Shown here piece after piece: positions 25,951 to 38,819 of a DNA stretch of 64,000 bases (its first letter is position 1; each line of letters begins with the position of its first letter). Below the pieces are notes generated by a model. It did not search any database. It saw only the letters and a program-made list of their open reading frames with translations, and was not told the DNA's origin. The DNA is taken from NCBI GenBank assembly GCA_009103225.1, contig RHPI01002069.1, positions 1,532,744 through 1,596,743 on the forward strand, read 5' to 3'. The DNA is from Chlorokybus atmophyticus. Its lineage: Eukaryota; Plantae; Mesostigma and Chlorokybus algae. The translations under genes and the position numbers were made by a program.

Positions 25951-26610
25951 TATAATAAATATACACCTCTCGATAATTAACTCACAAATAGACATCGACC
26001 CTACAAATAGGGTAGTTAGGAATTCTAGCGTGAGCCAATTACAGCTCAGATAATGTACCTATCGATAAGGTACCTATTGAAAGATACCTATCATACCTAA
26101 AGAGATAATGATCACATTTTATCAAATTTGACATTAAATAGGCTTGAATAAGCGGTTCTACACCCATTAGGACTTATATAAGCTATGTTAAAGCATTATA
26201 GCCTTTGATAAGCGAGGAACCGTAGAAAAGAGGTATAAATAAGCATATTTAGATACTTATTCATATAGAATGTGTCATTGAGGTAGCAATAATACCCCTA
26301 TTATTATTGCTCCCGTTACACCCATGCGTGAAATTGTTAGTTGACGTGGCAGTAGTCATTGTGGGCGCGATTGTTACAATTTTTGCATTTGCAGCCGATC
26401 TCCCACGATGTTCTGTAAACATTGCCAACACATACACTTTACGCACAGATGAACGTGACAAGCCGTTTTTTGTTTTTTGGAACCCGGAGTGTTGGAATGC
26501 TGCACATAGCAATCCAAATCGCATACAAAGGGAACATTCTGTTTTGTGTTGGTTGCAATGTGTCACGGACACCACATATACTGTAGGAGAACATGGTTTT
26601 TCTGATGTTG

Positions 26611-26611
<1 letters not shown>

Positions 26612-26665
<54 letters not shown>

Positions 26666-26666
26666 N

Positions 26667-26730
<64 letters not shown>
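26612..26730. repeat. (CT)n microsatellite followed by a CA-rich tract
   Basis: Direct reading. Confidence 0.95.
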
Positions 26731-26736
<6 letters not shown>

Positions 26737-28479
26737 CAGTCCACCAACCAACACATCAAACACACACACGTACACAGCATTGCACACACACACACACACG
26801 CACACACACACGCATATACACACGCGCGCGCATGTTCATGCGCAGCTTTGTACACATGTAAAACGTTCAGACACATACAGTATTACATTACCACTGCACA
26901 CTCTGCAAATAGGAAGTATCAAACTGTCTTTCATACTTGCTATAAACACTACCAGTACATTGGCGCGCCCGAAATGCTTTAAATCTAATAAGGTTGCCTT
27001 CATCTATGTTGTATCCTTTACAACCACGCGAGTCATACTAGGCTATATACTTTGCTTCTAATGCGTTTAAATGTGCCTTGCAATGTCCTTCATCCAATAC
27101 TTCTCATTGTACTTACTCTTAAAACATCTACTATTATCGAGTCACGTACCATCTTTTTGGGAGGGTGTCTACATTGCTCTTTACAACGCCACTCTGGGTT
27201 ACTATTTTTACCAATACATACCTTGTCGGTTGCCTGGTGCATCAACTTGTACATGAACTTTGCATTAAATTCACGCACGGTTTTGGGTTACGTGCAGAGG
27301 CCCTAATGTTGCTGTTGGCTTGATTGATACTGCTTCTTGCTGCAGAGGAATGCATGATCATCTGGATTTCATCGTTTGCCTGCATAAAACAATGTTGTCA
27401 TACATTGCAGTATCACACATTGACAACATCCATGTTAAGAACACACGTGCATAGTTGACATAGCAGGCAGGACACACACAAAGGGCGAGATATAGGAAGC
27501 AAGAGAGATAGAGAAAAAACAAAAATATGACACTATACTGGAGTGAATGCATGGTGTTTGGCTTGCTATATCTGTCTGAACATCTGCTTTGCAACCATAA
27601 CATGCTCATGTCGCATGTTGGCAAGCGTGAGCAAAACGATAGCCACTATCATGTACACACCTCGTTGGCAGCCATATTGACTATTGGTGCTTCTCTGAGG
27701 TCCGCGTTGTTGATTTGGTCAATGATTGACTTTGCTTTGCCTTGGACATAAAATGCGCAGTCTCTCAATTGGTGACTTTGCGGACGTGCACCAGCTAAAA
27801 CACATGTTAATGGTACGTGACGCAGTTATGGTCATCTGGTCAATGACAAAGGTATCATAATATTTACCCAATTAGCGTAGATGGGCTCCACATTGTCAGA
27901 AAGATCCGGGTTGTCCTTGCGCATCAGAGGGATTCACAACTTGTAGGCAACTTCGCGCTTCAGGTAATAAAAATTGTCGATGCCAAGCTTCCTAAGGTAG
28001 TAAATGCACGTTCTTATATGTACAAAACAATAGCTACAAAAAGTATCATGGTTGTAACTCAACGCCAACAACCTCTTATCAGTGGTAATGGAATCCCCGT
28101 AAGTGATGCGAACCTATTGAGCTCTTTCTTTAGCAGGTCAAATCAGCTTATCGGTCTCCAACTTTGTGAACAGCCTTTTCAGCTTGTTGAGAGTGATACC
28201 GATGAAGTCGCAAGCTATTAGCTGCTTGGCTGTCAACGGCCGTTCAGGCGCATCACCGCCGCCAGAGCTGCGGGTACATGGACGCTAACAGCCAGATTCG
28301 TCGTGTAAACTTTAAAACTTTAAAATTTGGGCGTCGAGCCTCTCAATCAGGGCTTTCTCGTCGAAGTGCATGCTGTTATAACACGAATGCATAGCCCACG
28401 TTAAGCTTCAAGGTATATTAAGTCACACAGAACGAACAGACCAGCGTACTTGTTACCTATGTCTGGTTGAGGTCACAGC

Positions 28480-31400
28480 CTGCTATGATGGGCAGGCATT
28501 CAAGGGAGTAGATAATGTGACAAGCATGTATAGTGCACTTCAACTCTGATGGTCTGTATGCATAGCACGGGTGAAATATTCTGCCAAAGTTGATCTGCAG
28601 CACAAGAGTAGCGGTTGGCAGCAGCAGAGAACCACGTGTGCAACCAAATTGCAAGGTCATTGGATACAGTATTGGATGGGTTTGATGCGATGATTGGACA
28701 AATGAGATGAATTGACAAGTGTTATAACATTGCAATCTATTGTATTTGTAAAGGCGCTGTTTCATGTAACTATACAAAGAGTACGGTATAACACGTACAA
28801 ACATTGTCTCATATTGACCGACATTGTGCAATATGCAACAATATGGCAAGGTGCCGTGTTATACGACGTTGCTCAACATTGCACAACATGTTGCAAATCA
28901 GGTCTATAGAGAACCGCAACATTACTGAAATTTCACAGTGATGAAGGTCAATTCCGTGGAACAGGCGTTATCTCTGCAGGGCGCAGTACACGTGTCAACC
29001 GCAAGAAGGCCCTGTTTGTCACACATGACAACGACCACATTCCACAATTCAAGAGCCAAAGCTGCCTGCCTGTGGACAATGGTAGTTGATTGTAAGGTGG
29101 CACTTTAAGACTTATGCACTGTCATTGCATACGCTAGCTGCTAAGGAAACACAGCTTTATGGTACGCTTTGCCCTAAAATGTTGTCATCTGATGCGGCAT
29201 TCATCGCTTCCAGATGGGTTCCGCCAAGTAATGTAATATAACTTGTACACTACTAACATTGCCTTTGTAATATTGAAATTGTGTCATTGTTCCTATAGAC
29301 CCATTAGCTATACCATCTTGCTGCGGAATATGATCAAAAACCAACACCTTTGCACCCTTAGCAATTAACGATCATAGGTACAACTTGGGCTTGTGTATTG
29401 GGTCTTGCAGCTCGGGCACATTCACTGCATTGCAAGTGATTTCTACCTGCAAGATAGCATCTGCTGCACATCGTTGTCTTACAATAATGTTGTTGAAGGC
29501 AAGAGTGTCTTGTACATGTGAACACAACATGGTAGTGTCATTGGGTAACTGTAGTAAATATTGTAAAGTAACAACATGGCACCCTAAAATGTCTGCAACT
29601 TCTGTGGTATTAAGAATGCCAGAACGAATCCAAGTAAAAAATTGAGCAAACAAAGGGTCTGAAGCATAACGCACAAAAACCAAGAGAATGTTTTGTTTGC
29701 GAAATGGCCACCTTTGCAATGCAAAAACATGGCATGGGTTGCAAACCAAAGACGTGATTTGGACTGTATGTCCACAAAGTGTGGGCAATTGCTTGTGGTT
29801 ATCGACCATTATAACAACAAATGTTTGGTTCATAAACTTGTTGCACATAATAAACACACATAATGACAATGATGTAGAAGTGTGTAAGCATCATTCATAG
29901 CAATTAAAAATCCGTAGTTGCTGGCCGGTGACAGATATTGCAAAGTTAGAATTTACTATTGAAGATAATGAGCTTAGCACTAATGCTGCAGCGCCAGTAG
30001 TAGCTTTAAGCAAATTAGGAATGCCAGATTCGTGCAATTTGTGGGTGATGAATTTGATCAAGAGTGGTTTTCCCTGCGCTAGGACAACCAGAGATGACAT
30101 GTAAACCAAGTAGTGCTGCAATAATGCTACCTGCAGTTGACTGTTGCTGGCTGGTCAAAGGCATATCATTCACACTCGCAAATTCCTCCACATGCAATGT
30201 ACCTTGCAATATATGAGGTTCCACATCCGAGTCTGTGGTGACAGCTATAGCTGGAGATGCAGGATTGCAAGTTGCAGCTGTTGATGTTTGCGTTGTAGTG
30301 GTGTTTGATGCAAGACTGTTGCCCACTGACGAAACAACTGCAGCCCTGGACAAGGCATCAATAGATAGCAGTATCCGTGTTTTGCATCATGTTATTCACA
30401 ATTTAATGAATCTTGACATCATTGTATGTATAAATGACGTTCAGCATAGCGTGTGACATGTGTCATCAAACTGCAATACATGTTGTTGATGAGCCCGTGC
30501 AACACGCATTTTTACTAGCAAGATGGTGATTTGTTGGCCAGAGATAGCAAGTCCACTTCTGAACGAAAGATGTTCAATTTGAAGTATTAAATGAAACAAA
30601 AGCTCTCAGTGCTTTGCACAAAATGGTAATAAGTCAATCTAATGATTCGTGGGGATGTTAACTCGTAAACATTTGCATTCAATCTGTCTCTTGAAATAAG
30701 TAGCGTATGTTGTGGAATCATGTCTAAAGCTCTGCACATGTACTGCCGAAAGTATTTGTATATCGTGATCCATCCCACCTCGTCAGGCCTGGCACAATAG
30801 CGGTGAATGGGATGCACGATAACGGTATGTGCACAACTATACAAAATGCGAGCACAATAAAAAGGCAAGCGTGTGTCAACATATGTCACAATGGAAGACA
30901 GTTGCATAACGGAAGTACTCAATCATTTTAAAGTGGGTTCAGCTGGTGCAATGGGTCTGGACAGATACATTGTGTTAAATATGCGCTATTTGTTAACAGT
31001 CAATCCTTGCAGGCCTAATGAATTCGCGTTTAATGCATCATCAACTTTGCCATAAGGTTCCATGTTGGTTGTGAACATCACAAAATGAGTACTTGCTCAA
31101 GTGACTGTTAGTGACTTGCAACACATTGCAACGAGCACCCCACAACATCAGCAAGACTAGATGTGTGGGAACGACGTTGCGCTCGCAAATGCGCGGTCTG
31201 TAATATTCACACCCGCGCGTTTCAGTGGCAATTGGGTGTCGATTTGGTTGTACCAGATACAAAAGCCCATGTCGCACTTGTTGTGAAAGGCTCTGCAACC
31301 ATTATCAACATTAGAACGCTTGTGCATTTGCTTGCATACCATGTACTCTATAAAGGACTCGTAGTTGAGCATCAGTCGGCACGATCATTTGCTGATTATC

Positions 31401-32650
31401 ATGGGCGAATACTCCGAAAACAAACGCACAACAATGTTATTGCAAACACGTTCAACATCATCTGGGTGTAACCATATCATAACATGTGCATGCAAAGATC
31501 CACGCTGCATCTAAAAGCAGATTACACAGTGCGTCACTCGCGCAAGAATGTCTTTCTGCGTGATGTACTCTTAAAAGAAGTTGATGAAACGATGAGGAGA
31601 TAAAGGTACACACTCCACATGATCATCGCACCAACTTAATTGCTAAGAAAATTGATGAGAACATTTTCCACATCAGTGATCTCATGGAATTTGGTGCTGA
31701 ACACATTCATCTGCAGTCATGGTGACACACGGCCACTTGGCCAGAAGTGAAACTTTAGGGGTTATAAAAACCTTTTAACAAAATGGACGTAATGACAAGG
31801 GACAGCTGCATTGCCAAGGGATGTGCCTGTATCAACTAGCGAGTGTACACAGCGCTGTGCATCACAGTGTAACAGTGTAAGTAGACTGATTGGATCCATG
31901 GGAACAATGATCGCGTATGAAGTGATGACTTTCAATCTTGATGTAAACTGCCATGAAGATAATAGCAAGGTCGTGTGGGGAAATAGTAGGTAACAACTGC
32001 TTATGCATTAGCCGCAACGTGAAAGTAGAATAACATAACTGTGCATAGTCCGCACATAGAACAACATTGCATTTGTGTGACACACGTACGTTGTGCATCT
32101 TGCGAAGAGTAGAGCATATCATCACATTCATGCCATAGTGCGCAGCGCTGAGACAGATTGCAATGCTGCTCGTGATTCATTGCGTATCACCGTGAGTAGT
32201 ACTTGCATTCAACAAGGATAAAGTCACATAGCTTCAACATCACCACCATTTGCCAACATCAACACGAGCAACCGTATTATTATAGTCAATCAGATGGCAA
32301 CGGAGCAAAACCATACGCAATACAATAGGGTATTCACATATATCGCAATGTGCGCAATATAATACAACATTAAGAGCGGTTGCTACCACATTGTGTCATA
32401 TAACAGAAGTAGAAAGTGATTAAGGTATACAAACAAAAACAATAACAACATGCCGGCGAAATTGCAGAAGTTACACATACATAACAAGAGAGTTGGATTA
32501 CAAAGAATGATACTAACTTTAAATACCATAATATTAAGATTCAACCAAATGAAACATTACGTCATTAGGCCACCCTTCGGATGAACATGCGTCGTGTTAA
32601 ATGTGTGTCATGACAGCGGACATCCGCCATTACCACAAAAGCCAATTGCA
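28480..32650 (-). mobile_element. Decayed Helitron-type RepHel (HUH Rep plus PIF1 helicase)
   Basis: Rep motif 1-like TMTADE (~31720) and HUH QRGSLHAHVMIWLHPDD (~31450-31510). CEYYRPRICERNVVPTHLVLLMLWGARCNV leads toward motif 3. Walker A LHVISGCPSAGKTT (30061-30101), ATTGAAALVL, VDNHKQLPT and C-terminal YPMTLQFGCT..INFGRIFHPCYAY. Many stops; element ends not identified. Confidence 0.85.
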
Positions 32651-33442
32651 AAGATGCTTGTAAGTATCTCGCAGGCATTTTAACAGCAACAATATGTCAA
32701 TGGCGCATCCAAATGCCGGCTTTTCAGCGCCAAGTTAGCGCAGTGATTGGTTAATAGGTGCGCATATTTGGTGGTACAAGGTCGGGCCCGCCGGGATGAG
32801 AGAGAGAAAGATACGATATAGTTGTAAGGAGAGACCTTGGCACACCTCGAAACGCGACGCACGATCGGGGATAGTCGAGCCCAGCTATCCCTCACCGCCG
32901 ATCGAGCTACTTGGGCTATCCATGACCGCTGTGATTGTTCATTACAATCTAAAACAGGTGAAATTGTGAATTGCAACACAACAATGGTGATTCTGTTTAA
33001 ACGGTCAGAAACCTAAAAACCCTAATAGCCTAACAAACAGGAGCGGCGGCGGCTAGGCAGCGGCGTGGTCGCCGTGGACGGCGGCGGTGGCAAGGACGGC
33101 GGCGGTGGAGAACAGCAAGTGCATGTTACTCTCTGCTAACTTTGCTTAAGGGCGGCGGCGGAGGCGGCAGCAAGGATGGTGGCGGTCGAGAGCAGCAAGT
33201 TTGTGTATGTATCCGTAAAACTGCTGTCAGAGTGTCTAAGCTGTTTCCACCGCATATTTGATGCTGTCGCATTTTTTATGCTGCAGCAATCTTGCCGCGA
33301 AAGCTCAGACACTACGACCGCAATTTTGCGGTAGTTGGGGGGGCGNCCACAACAAAATGAATGTCCACGGAGAGACGGCAGTAAGTCTCTCAGTCTCGCT
33401 CTCGCTCGCACTCGCACGCACTTGCGCGCGTGCCTGCACGCA

Positions 33443-33510
33443 CTCACACCCACACCCACACCCACACCCACACCCACACCCACACCCACACCCACACCCA
33501 CACCCACACC
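33443..33510. repeat. (CACACC)n hexamer repeat in the first intron of the transposase gene
   Basis: Direct reading, about 11 copies. Confidence 0.95.
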
Positions 33511-33922
33511 CAGCAAGCATTGTTAGTTGCAGGTGCTTCCGAAAACGCTTTAGCGGCGGAGGAGTATGTGTTGAACTGGTGTCTTTGGCGCACACATAAG
33601 AGTGTCACTCCGGATGAAGAGAAGCGCGGTATTAAACCTCTATTGCCTCAAGCCATATAGCAGGCTGATAAGGGGGAGTGGGCCTGTCCACCCGTTGACT
33701 TATATACATGGACCGACTTCACACTATCAATACCTTCTTGATGTTGAACACAATCAACTTGTGCGCGTATCAAATTCCGCGCGGCACAATAGTGAGAGTA
33801 ATGTGACAACCCGCATGAGACTAGACATTAATCTAACCATCATATTCATGGTCACACAGGTTACATTTTGGGCGCCACACATTTTCTTCTGGAATAAGGT
33901 TAAGAAGATCTTATGACCGTAT

Positions 33923-34010
33923 TGTAACAATTGGGCCCGACCACTAGGCTATGGTAGCAAAAGACACTACCATGAGTGAGGTCTGTCACAATTTATCTCA
34001 ATTTGTGACA
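33923..34010 (-). mobile_element. TRIM family B solo LTR
   Basis: 88-bp TGTAACA...GTGACA matching 41695-41783 and 42114-42202. TSD CGTAT/CGTAC. Confidence 0.9.
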
Positions 34011-37000
34011 CGTACTGTGACAAGCCCTTGTACTCCGATAGTTGGCGTGGGAGCGTTTAATCGGTGACAACGCTGTCCGCCACTTGTTGGCTGCATAGCT
34101 ATGACTACAAGTGTAGAACTTGTAAAGGTATTGTAATTATCGCATGTTGTTGCACAACTATAGTGCAAGACTATAGCTCAACAATGCTACCATGCTCATC
34201 ATTGTATGTGTGATGTGTGGGCTCAGATGCTGGCTATGATGCCAAGATTATGGCGCAGCTTCCAACCAGCGTGCAAGAGGCCTTCCCTTACGTGCTCACT
34301 CAAAGACACGGTGTGAAAATAGCAAGCGAGGGCATGATGCGGCGAAATGTGGTCAACAATCAAAGCTTCATGGACTTCTCCGACATGCTGAAGGTGTGGT
34401 GCGGTGCATGTTGATTGTTGGTGACTTGCACATCCTCCACGTGTATACTGGTTGGCTCATGTTGATCGTGTTGTGCCTATTACAGGAGTTGCATCACCAG
34501 CGCTACACTCAGACACGCAAGGTGTTTACGGCAGCATTTATCGAGAACTATATTTAAAAGAACATCCCCAAAACACGGCTCTTTGGGATGCTGGGTGTCA
34601 CACAAGCATCATCAACCACCATACCTGATTTTGAAGACTTTAATGATAAGAACGATTATTCGGGTATAGGCTAATGTGCAACGATTGTGCGGCAAACTAT
34701 GTACTAGGATGTTGATGTTGGTAATGAACTATGATATGTACCTAGACATGGTTACTTCTCCGACTTGTACATGCGCAAAGGAGAGCAACGGGTGCAAGAG
34801 CAGAATAGGCGCCTGAGCCTATCTATTGGCCGTGTTCTTGCCATCGATCATTCTTTCAAGATCTCAAAGCAAATTTGCAAAGATAGACGCGAGGTATGCA
34901 AGTGTGTGCCGCTAGTGTCGATGCACGGACGGATGCAAGCACGCATCCGTGTCATTACCCACCGTTATGCTCATATGTACATTGACAATCTAATTGGTGA
35001 TAGGTGTCAGAGGCATTGTTGACGATATACAACGAGAAGAAACAAGTAGTTGCATACTATTTTGTACCTAACACATCACTTGTTGCCACTGCCCACGAAT
35101 TGCATAAAGTTGCTGAACGCGTTGTGGGCAACGGGCGCAAGCTTGCCGAGGTGATTATTCTTGCAACGCATACATTATCAACCACGCGCCAACACACGCA
35201 TGTATTTGTAACAGGAGTTGCAAGCTAGCTGCGATAATGCGTTGGGCATGGACAATGCATTGGCGGACGCGTTGCAGGTGGACAAGACAATGGTCTTGCA
35301 AGATGCATGCCACTTGATGCAACGTTACATGCGCTATATCCCAGACTCATCGACATTGAAAGGTAGATGCATTTACACGCAGATGCAAATGCATACACTT
35401 GCATACTTGTGTGTCACATTGATCCTTCATTGGATCGCTTCGCCAAGGAATTATCGGCAGCAATCTACGCGATGGACGAAAGGGCGTTGTTTCAAGTGAA
35501 GCACCACCTGATATCTATGGTAAGCACGTGTGTGCATTATGACGGCCTTTGTGTGTGTGTAACTTTACACACACGCCTGCACATGCACACACTGGACATC
35601 ATCCTTGGTAAACGCAGGCTTGCGCGCGCATGCACACTATGTAATATAGTACGTGTGTAAGTATGTTGGTGTGCATGTCCTAAGTAACTGTACTTGTAGG
35701 GTTAGAGTCAACAGAAAATTGATTAGCAATTCATGAGCGGCAGACAAAACTGCCACGGCGTATTGGTGAAGAGCATGACGTGCATGCCAATTTGCAACAA
35801 TTTGCCGACATGTGGAGGGAGCGGATTGATATAGACACCGGCAACTCCATTGGGACATCAGAGATGGACAATTGCCATGAGCAGGCTCTCCGTCAAGTTG
35901 CGTTTGGCAAACTGAGTGGTAGGTCACCTGCCATCTATGGCGGCTATGCATTGCTTGTATCCTGAGTAATGCTTACCATATATGGATTGCAAGACTCAAT
36001 TGATCTTGTGATGCAGATCCCGAGGGGGTACAATTGTATACCAACATTGCAAAAGCAGGGTGTATGCCGCACTGGATGTGTGCGCGCGGCACCAACGGAC
36101 TGGAAGGCTTTCACCGGTTTGTTGCGTGCTGCAAGGCAGCAACACCGGAGCGGCTAAAGCTAGCGTTCTGTTTTCGGACTTCATCACCCGGCACAACATT
36201 AACTATGCAACGCGCCACGCTGGAGAGCCATCCTACGGCGTGTATGACTTCAAGGTAGGTGTTGGCATAAATTTGTTGGTCATTAGGCATGTGGGTCGAT
36301 ACATACCATATGATGACAGCTAAAGCAGCAATCTTGGATATATCGTGCACATCAGGACATGCTCTCCATCAATGAACTTCATGAGCGGCACGGGTGGCGA
36401 GTGCCCTTTGAGATTCCACCGCCCCAATGTCAGAAGGTACGCCGCATAACTATGCGGCGTCAATAGACATCCGTGATTGAGCATGCTGTTGTTGAGCAAT
36501 GATGCTGTCAATGATATACAAATACCTCGTATGCAGAGAGATTCGGCTTGGACTTGATGCCGGCGGAGTTGAAAGAGGCTTTGTTTGCTAATGATGATGC
36601 ATCTGGTTTTCTGACATGTGAAGAAGAAGCCATTGTTGCTGACGACGCTGATGATAGCAAGGTTGAGACGGAGGTGAATGGAGGAGCTTTACCACAGGAT
36701 CATGCGCCGAATCCCACGCCAACCAGCCCAATGCAAACAACTCACTTAAAAGCAAGTCCACAGATCCCGTTGCCAGCGATGAAAAACAATGCTAATGCGC
36801 TGGCCATACCGAACATGAAACTGGATGGACGGACGCCGACGTGCTGATACAAGAGGTCGCGTCCTTGTCGCCTTTTCGCGCACCTATCCTCAAAAGCCAC
36901 TTCAACCATTGCCGCGAGCGAAGCACATCGGCAACCCGCACGCCTATCACCTTCCGAAGCGCCAGCACATACACGCACATGTGTGGAGTTGAGCCCCGCC

Positions 37001-38353
37001 ACGTGAATCGCATTGAGTTTACCATTTGTTGCGACAATGGCGAGTGCATCAAGCTTGGCCACTGTGCGACGGGAATTGAAGCTACATTTTCCACGCCCAT
37101 CCAAGGCATCAACGTCATCAATCGCTCAGGTGTGTGGCCGCAAACGTAAGATGGCGTATCGCAAACAGCCACGCCGTGCAATGAAACCATTAGAGATTGT
37201 TCAACCTGTGCGTACGCCAGCTGAGAAGCTGTTGTTCCACAAATTGCACGAAAAGTTTACCACAAACAAGTTTATGGATTACAAGCGTATGGCATTTGAA
37301 TGGAATGCCCGTACACACTAGCATCAAGTAGTTGGCAGCGGTGGCGTGTTGTACCTGAAAACAGCAGAGCTTCTGCAAGAGTATGAGAAGAAGATTGCGA
37401 AACAACACTTGGCTGTTATTGCCACGCAAGTTTTGAATATACCAATGCAGGCAACTCAGAAGGACGGAGCTGACGCTAACGGCGACATGCACCATGGCGC
37501 ACATTCCGTGGTCACTACGCCGGCAGGCCTGGCTTCTCACCATCGGCATGTCACGCAAAGGAATGGACCACTACACCCATCCGTGACTACCAATCACCTC
37601 CCGTCACGTTGAAGCAACCATGCCAAGGTCTACTCATCAACCACCGATGCCAAGCTCCACCACCTATGCTGCTGTCGATGCCAACAATATGGCAGCTTTC
37701 GGGATGGCGCCTCGGCAGGTATCAGGCATGATGCAGGTCAATAACCTACCTTCTGATGTGGGAGCTACCGTGCCCGGGTCAAATCTTCAACCGCCAATGC
37801 CAAGCATGGCCATTCATGTCGCTGTTGATGGCCACAATGTGACACCCCCGTTAATGGCGTGGCAGCCGGTACCCGGCATGATGCCGGCGAGTACCCCACT
37901 TTCTGGTGTGGGAGCTATCAGGCCCGGGCCAAGTCCAGCAATGGTGTGGCGACCGTTACCCGGCATGCATGCATACAACATGCATGTGCGCGCATCTTGG
38001 CCTCATCCTTATGTGCCGTCTATGGTAGCGGCTGCAACTTCTCAACCACCGCGAGTCCCCTCTTCAGGACCGATGCGCAAGAAGGAGTCACGCCAAGGTG
38101 GACGGGGGGGCACAAAAACGTGCATCAAGTGTCCAGCTGCTACCGGCAAAGACGTTCCCGCGCAAGGTGGCAAGCATGCCAAAATCTGCCCTTACAAGGA
38201 CATTCATGTTGACAATTTGCACTTGGGTTTTCAGCTACCAACCGCGCAGACCATGTCGTTCAATAAGTCTTGAAATGCTGTTGGATAGGTTGGAAAGATT
38301 GGACATGAGGTTACTTGTGAAATAAAAAGTAGTACAAGTGTCAAAGTCGTTTT

Positions 38354-38357
<4 letters not shown>

Positions 38358-38401
<44 letters not shown>

Positions 38402-38727
38402 CATACACACACACACCTCCCAAGCCAGTGTGCTGAGCGTGGGCGTACATGTGTGGGCGCGCGTGTGCTGAGTTGAGGCGCAATTTTGTATCCGCCCAAG
38501 CTGGTAATGGGCGCATGCATGCGCGCGTGCATTGGGTGTCAATGTGCGTGCATTGGGTGTCAATGAGTGCGCGTGCGTGCGTGTGCTGGCAATGATATGA
38601 GCGTGGTGCTTAACCGTGTGCGCATGCTTGCGTATCAAGCTAACTGTACGTGGGTGGGTGCATCCCCCCCCCCCGCCCCCGCCTCTCTCTCTCTCTCTCT
38701 CTCTNTCTCTCTCTCTCTCTCTCTCTC
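38358..38727. repeat. Two (CT)n microsatellites (38358-38400, 38684-38727) around a GT/CA-rich spacer
   Basis: Direct reading. Confidence 0.9.
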
Positions 38728-38819
38728 CCAAGCTGCACCGTTCTGCCTGCAAAACACCGCAAATCTGCGGCGGGAATAGGATTTGCACTCTGCGACCGCA
38801 AATTAGCGGCACATAGGGT

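Larger units (their letters stand above)
33356..38273 (+). mobile_element. Intron-rich DDE transposase gene, DUF6729/Dada-like, with premature stops
   Basis: Exon-sized blocks bounded by GT/AG: TFWAPHIFFW..PYCDKPL..YDYKCRTCK; IMAQLPTSVQEAFPYVLTQRHG; VLAIDHSFKISK (D1); CDNALGM (D2); LQDACH (DxxH); RGTNGLEGFHR (E); QPVRTPAEKLLF..MDYKRMAFEWN; and C-terminal TCIKC..GKHAKICP. The family assignment is from memory of motifs. Confidence 0.75.

Noticed and set aside
26261-26982. ORFs with RE/SL/HT repeats, also at 38231-38825, 51865-52167 and 63164-63430
   Set aside because: Microsatellite translations. The nearby CKCKNCNN fragment may be a CXC-domain remnant but is too short to call.
30493-30518. 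Helitron 3' end on the plus strand (gcccgtgcaacacgc..ctag)
   Set aside because: The hairpin right arm is incomplete, and the site lies within the minus-strand RepHel coding region.
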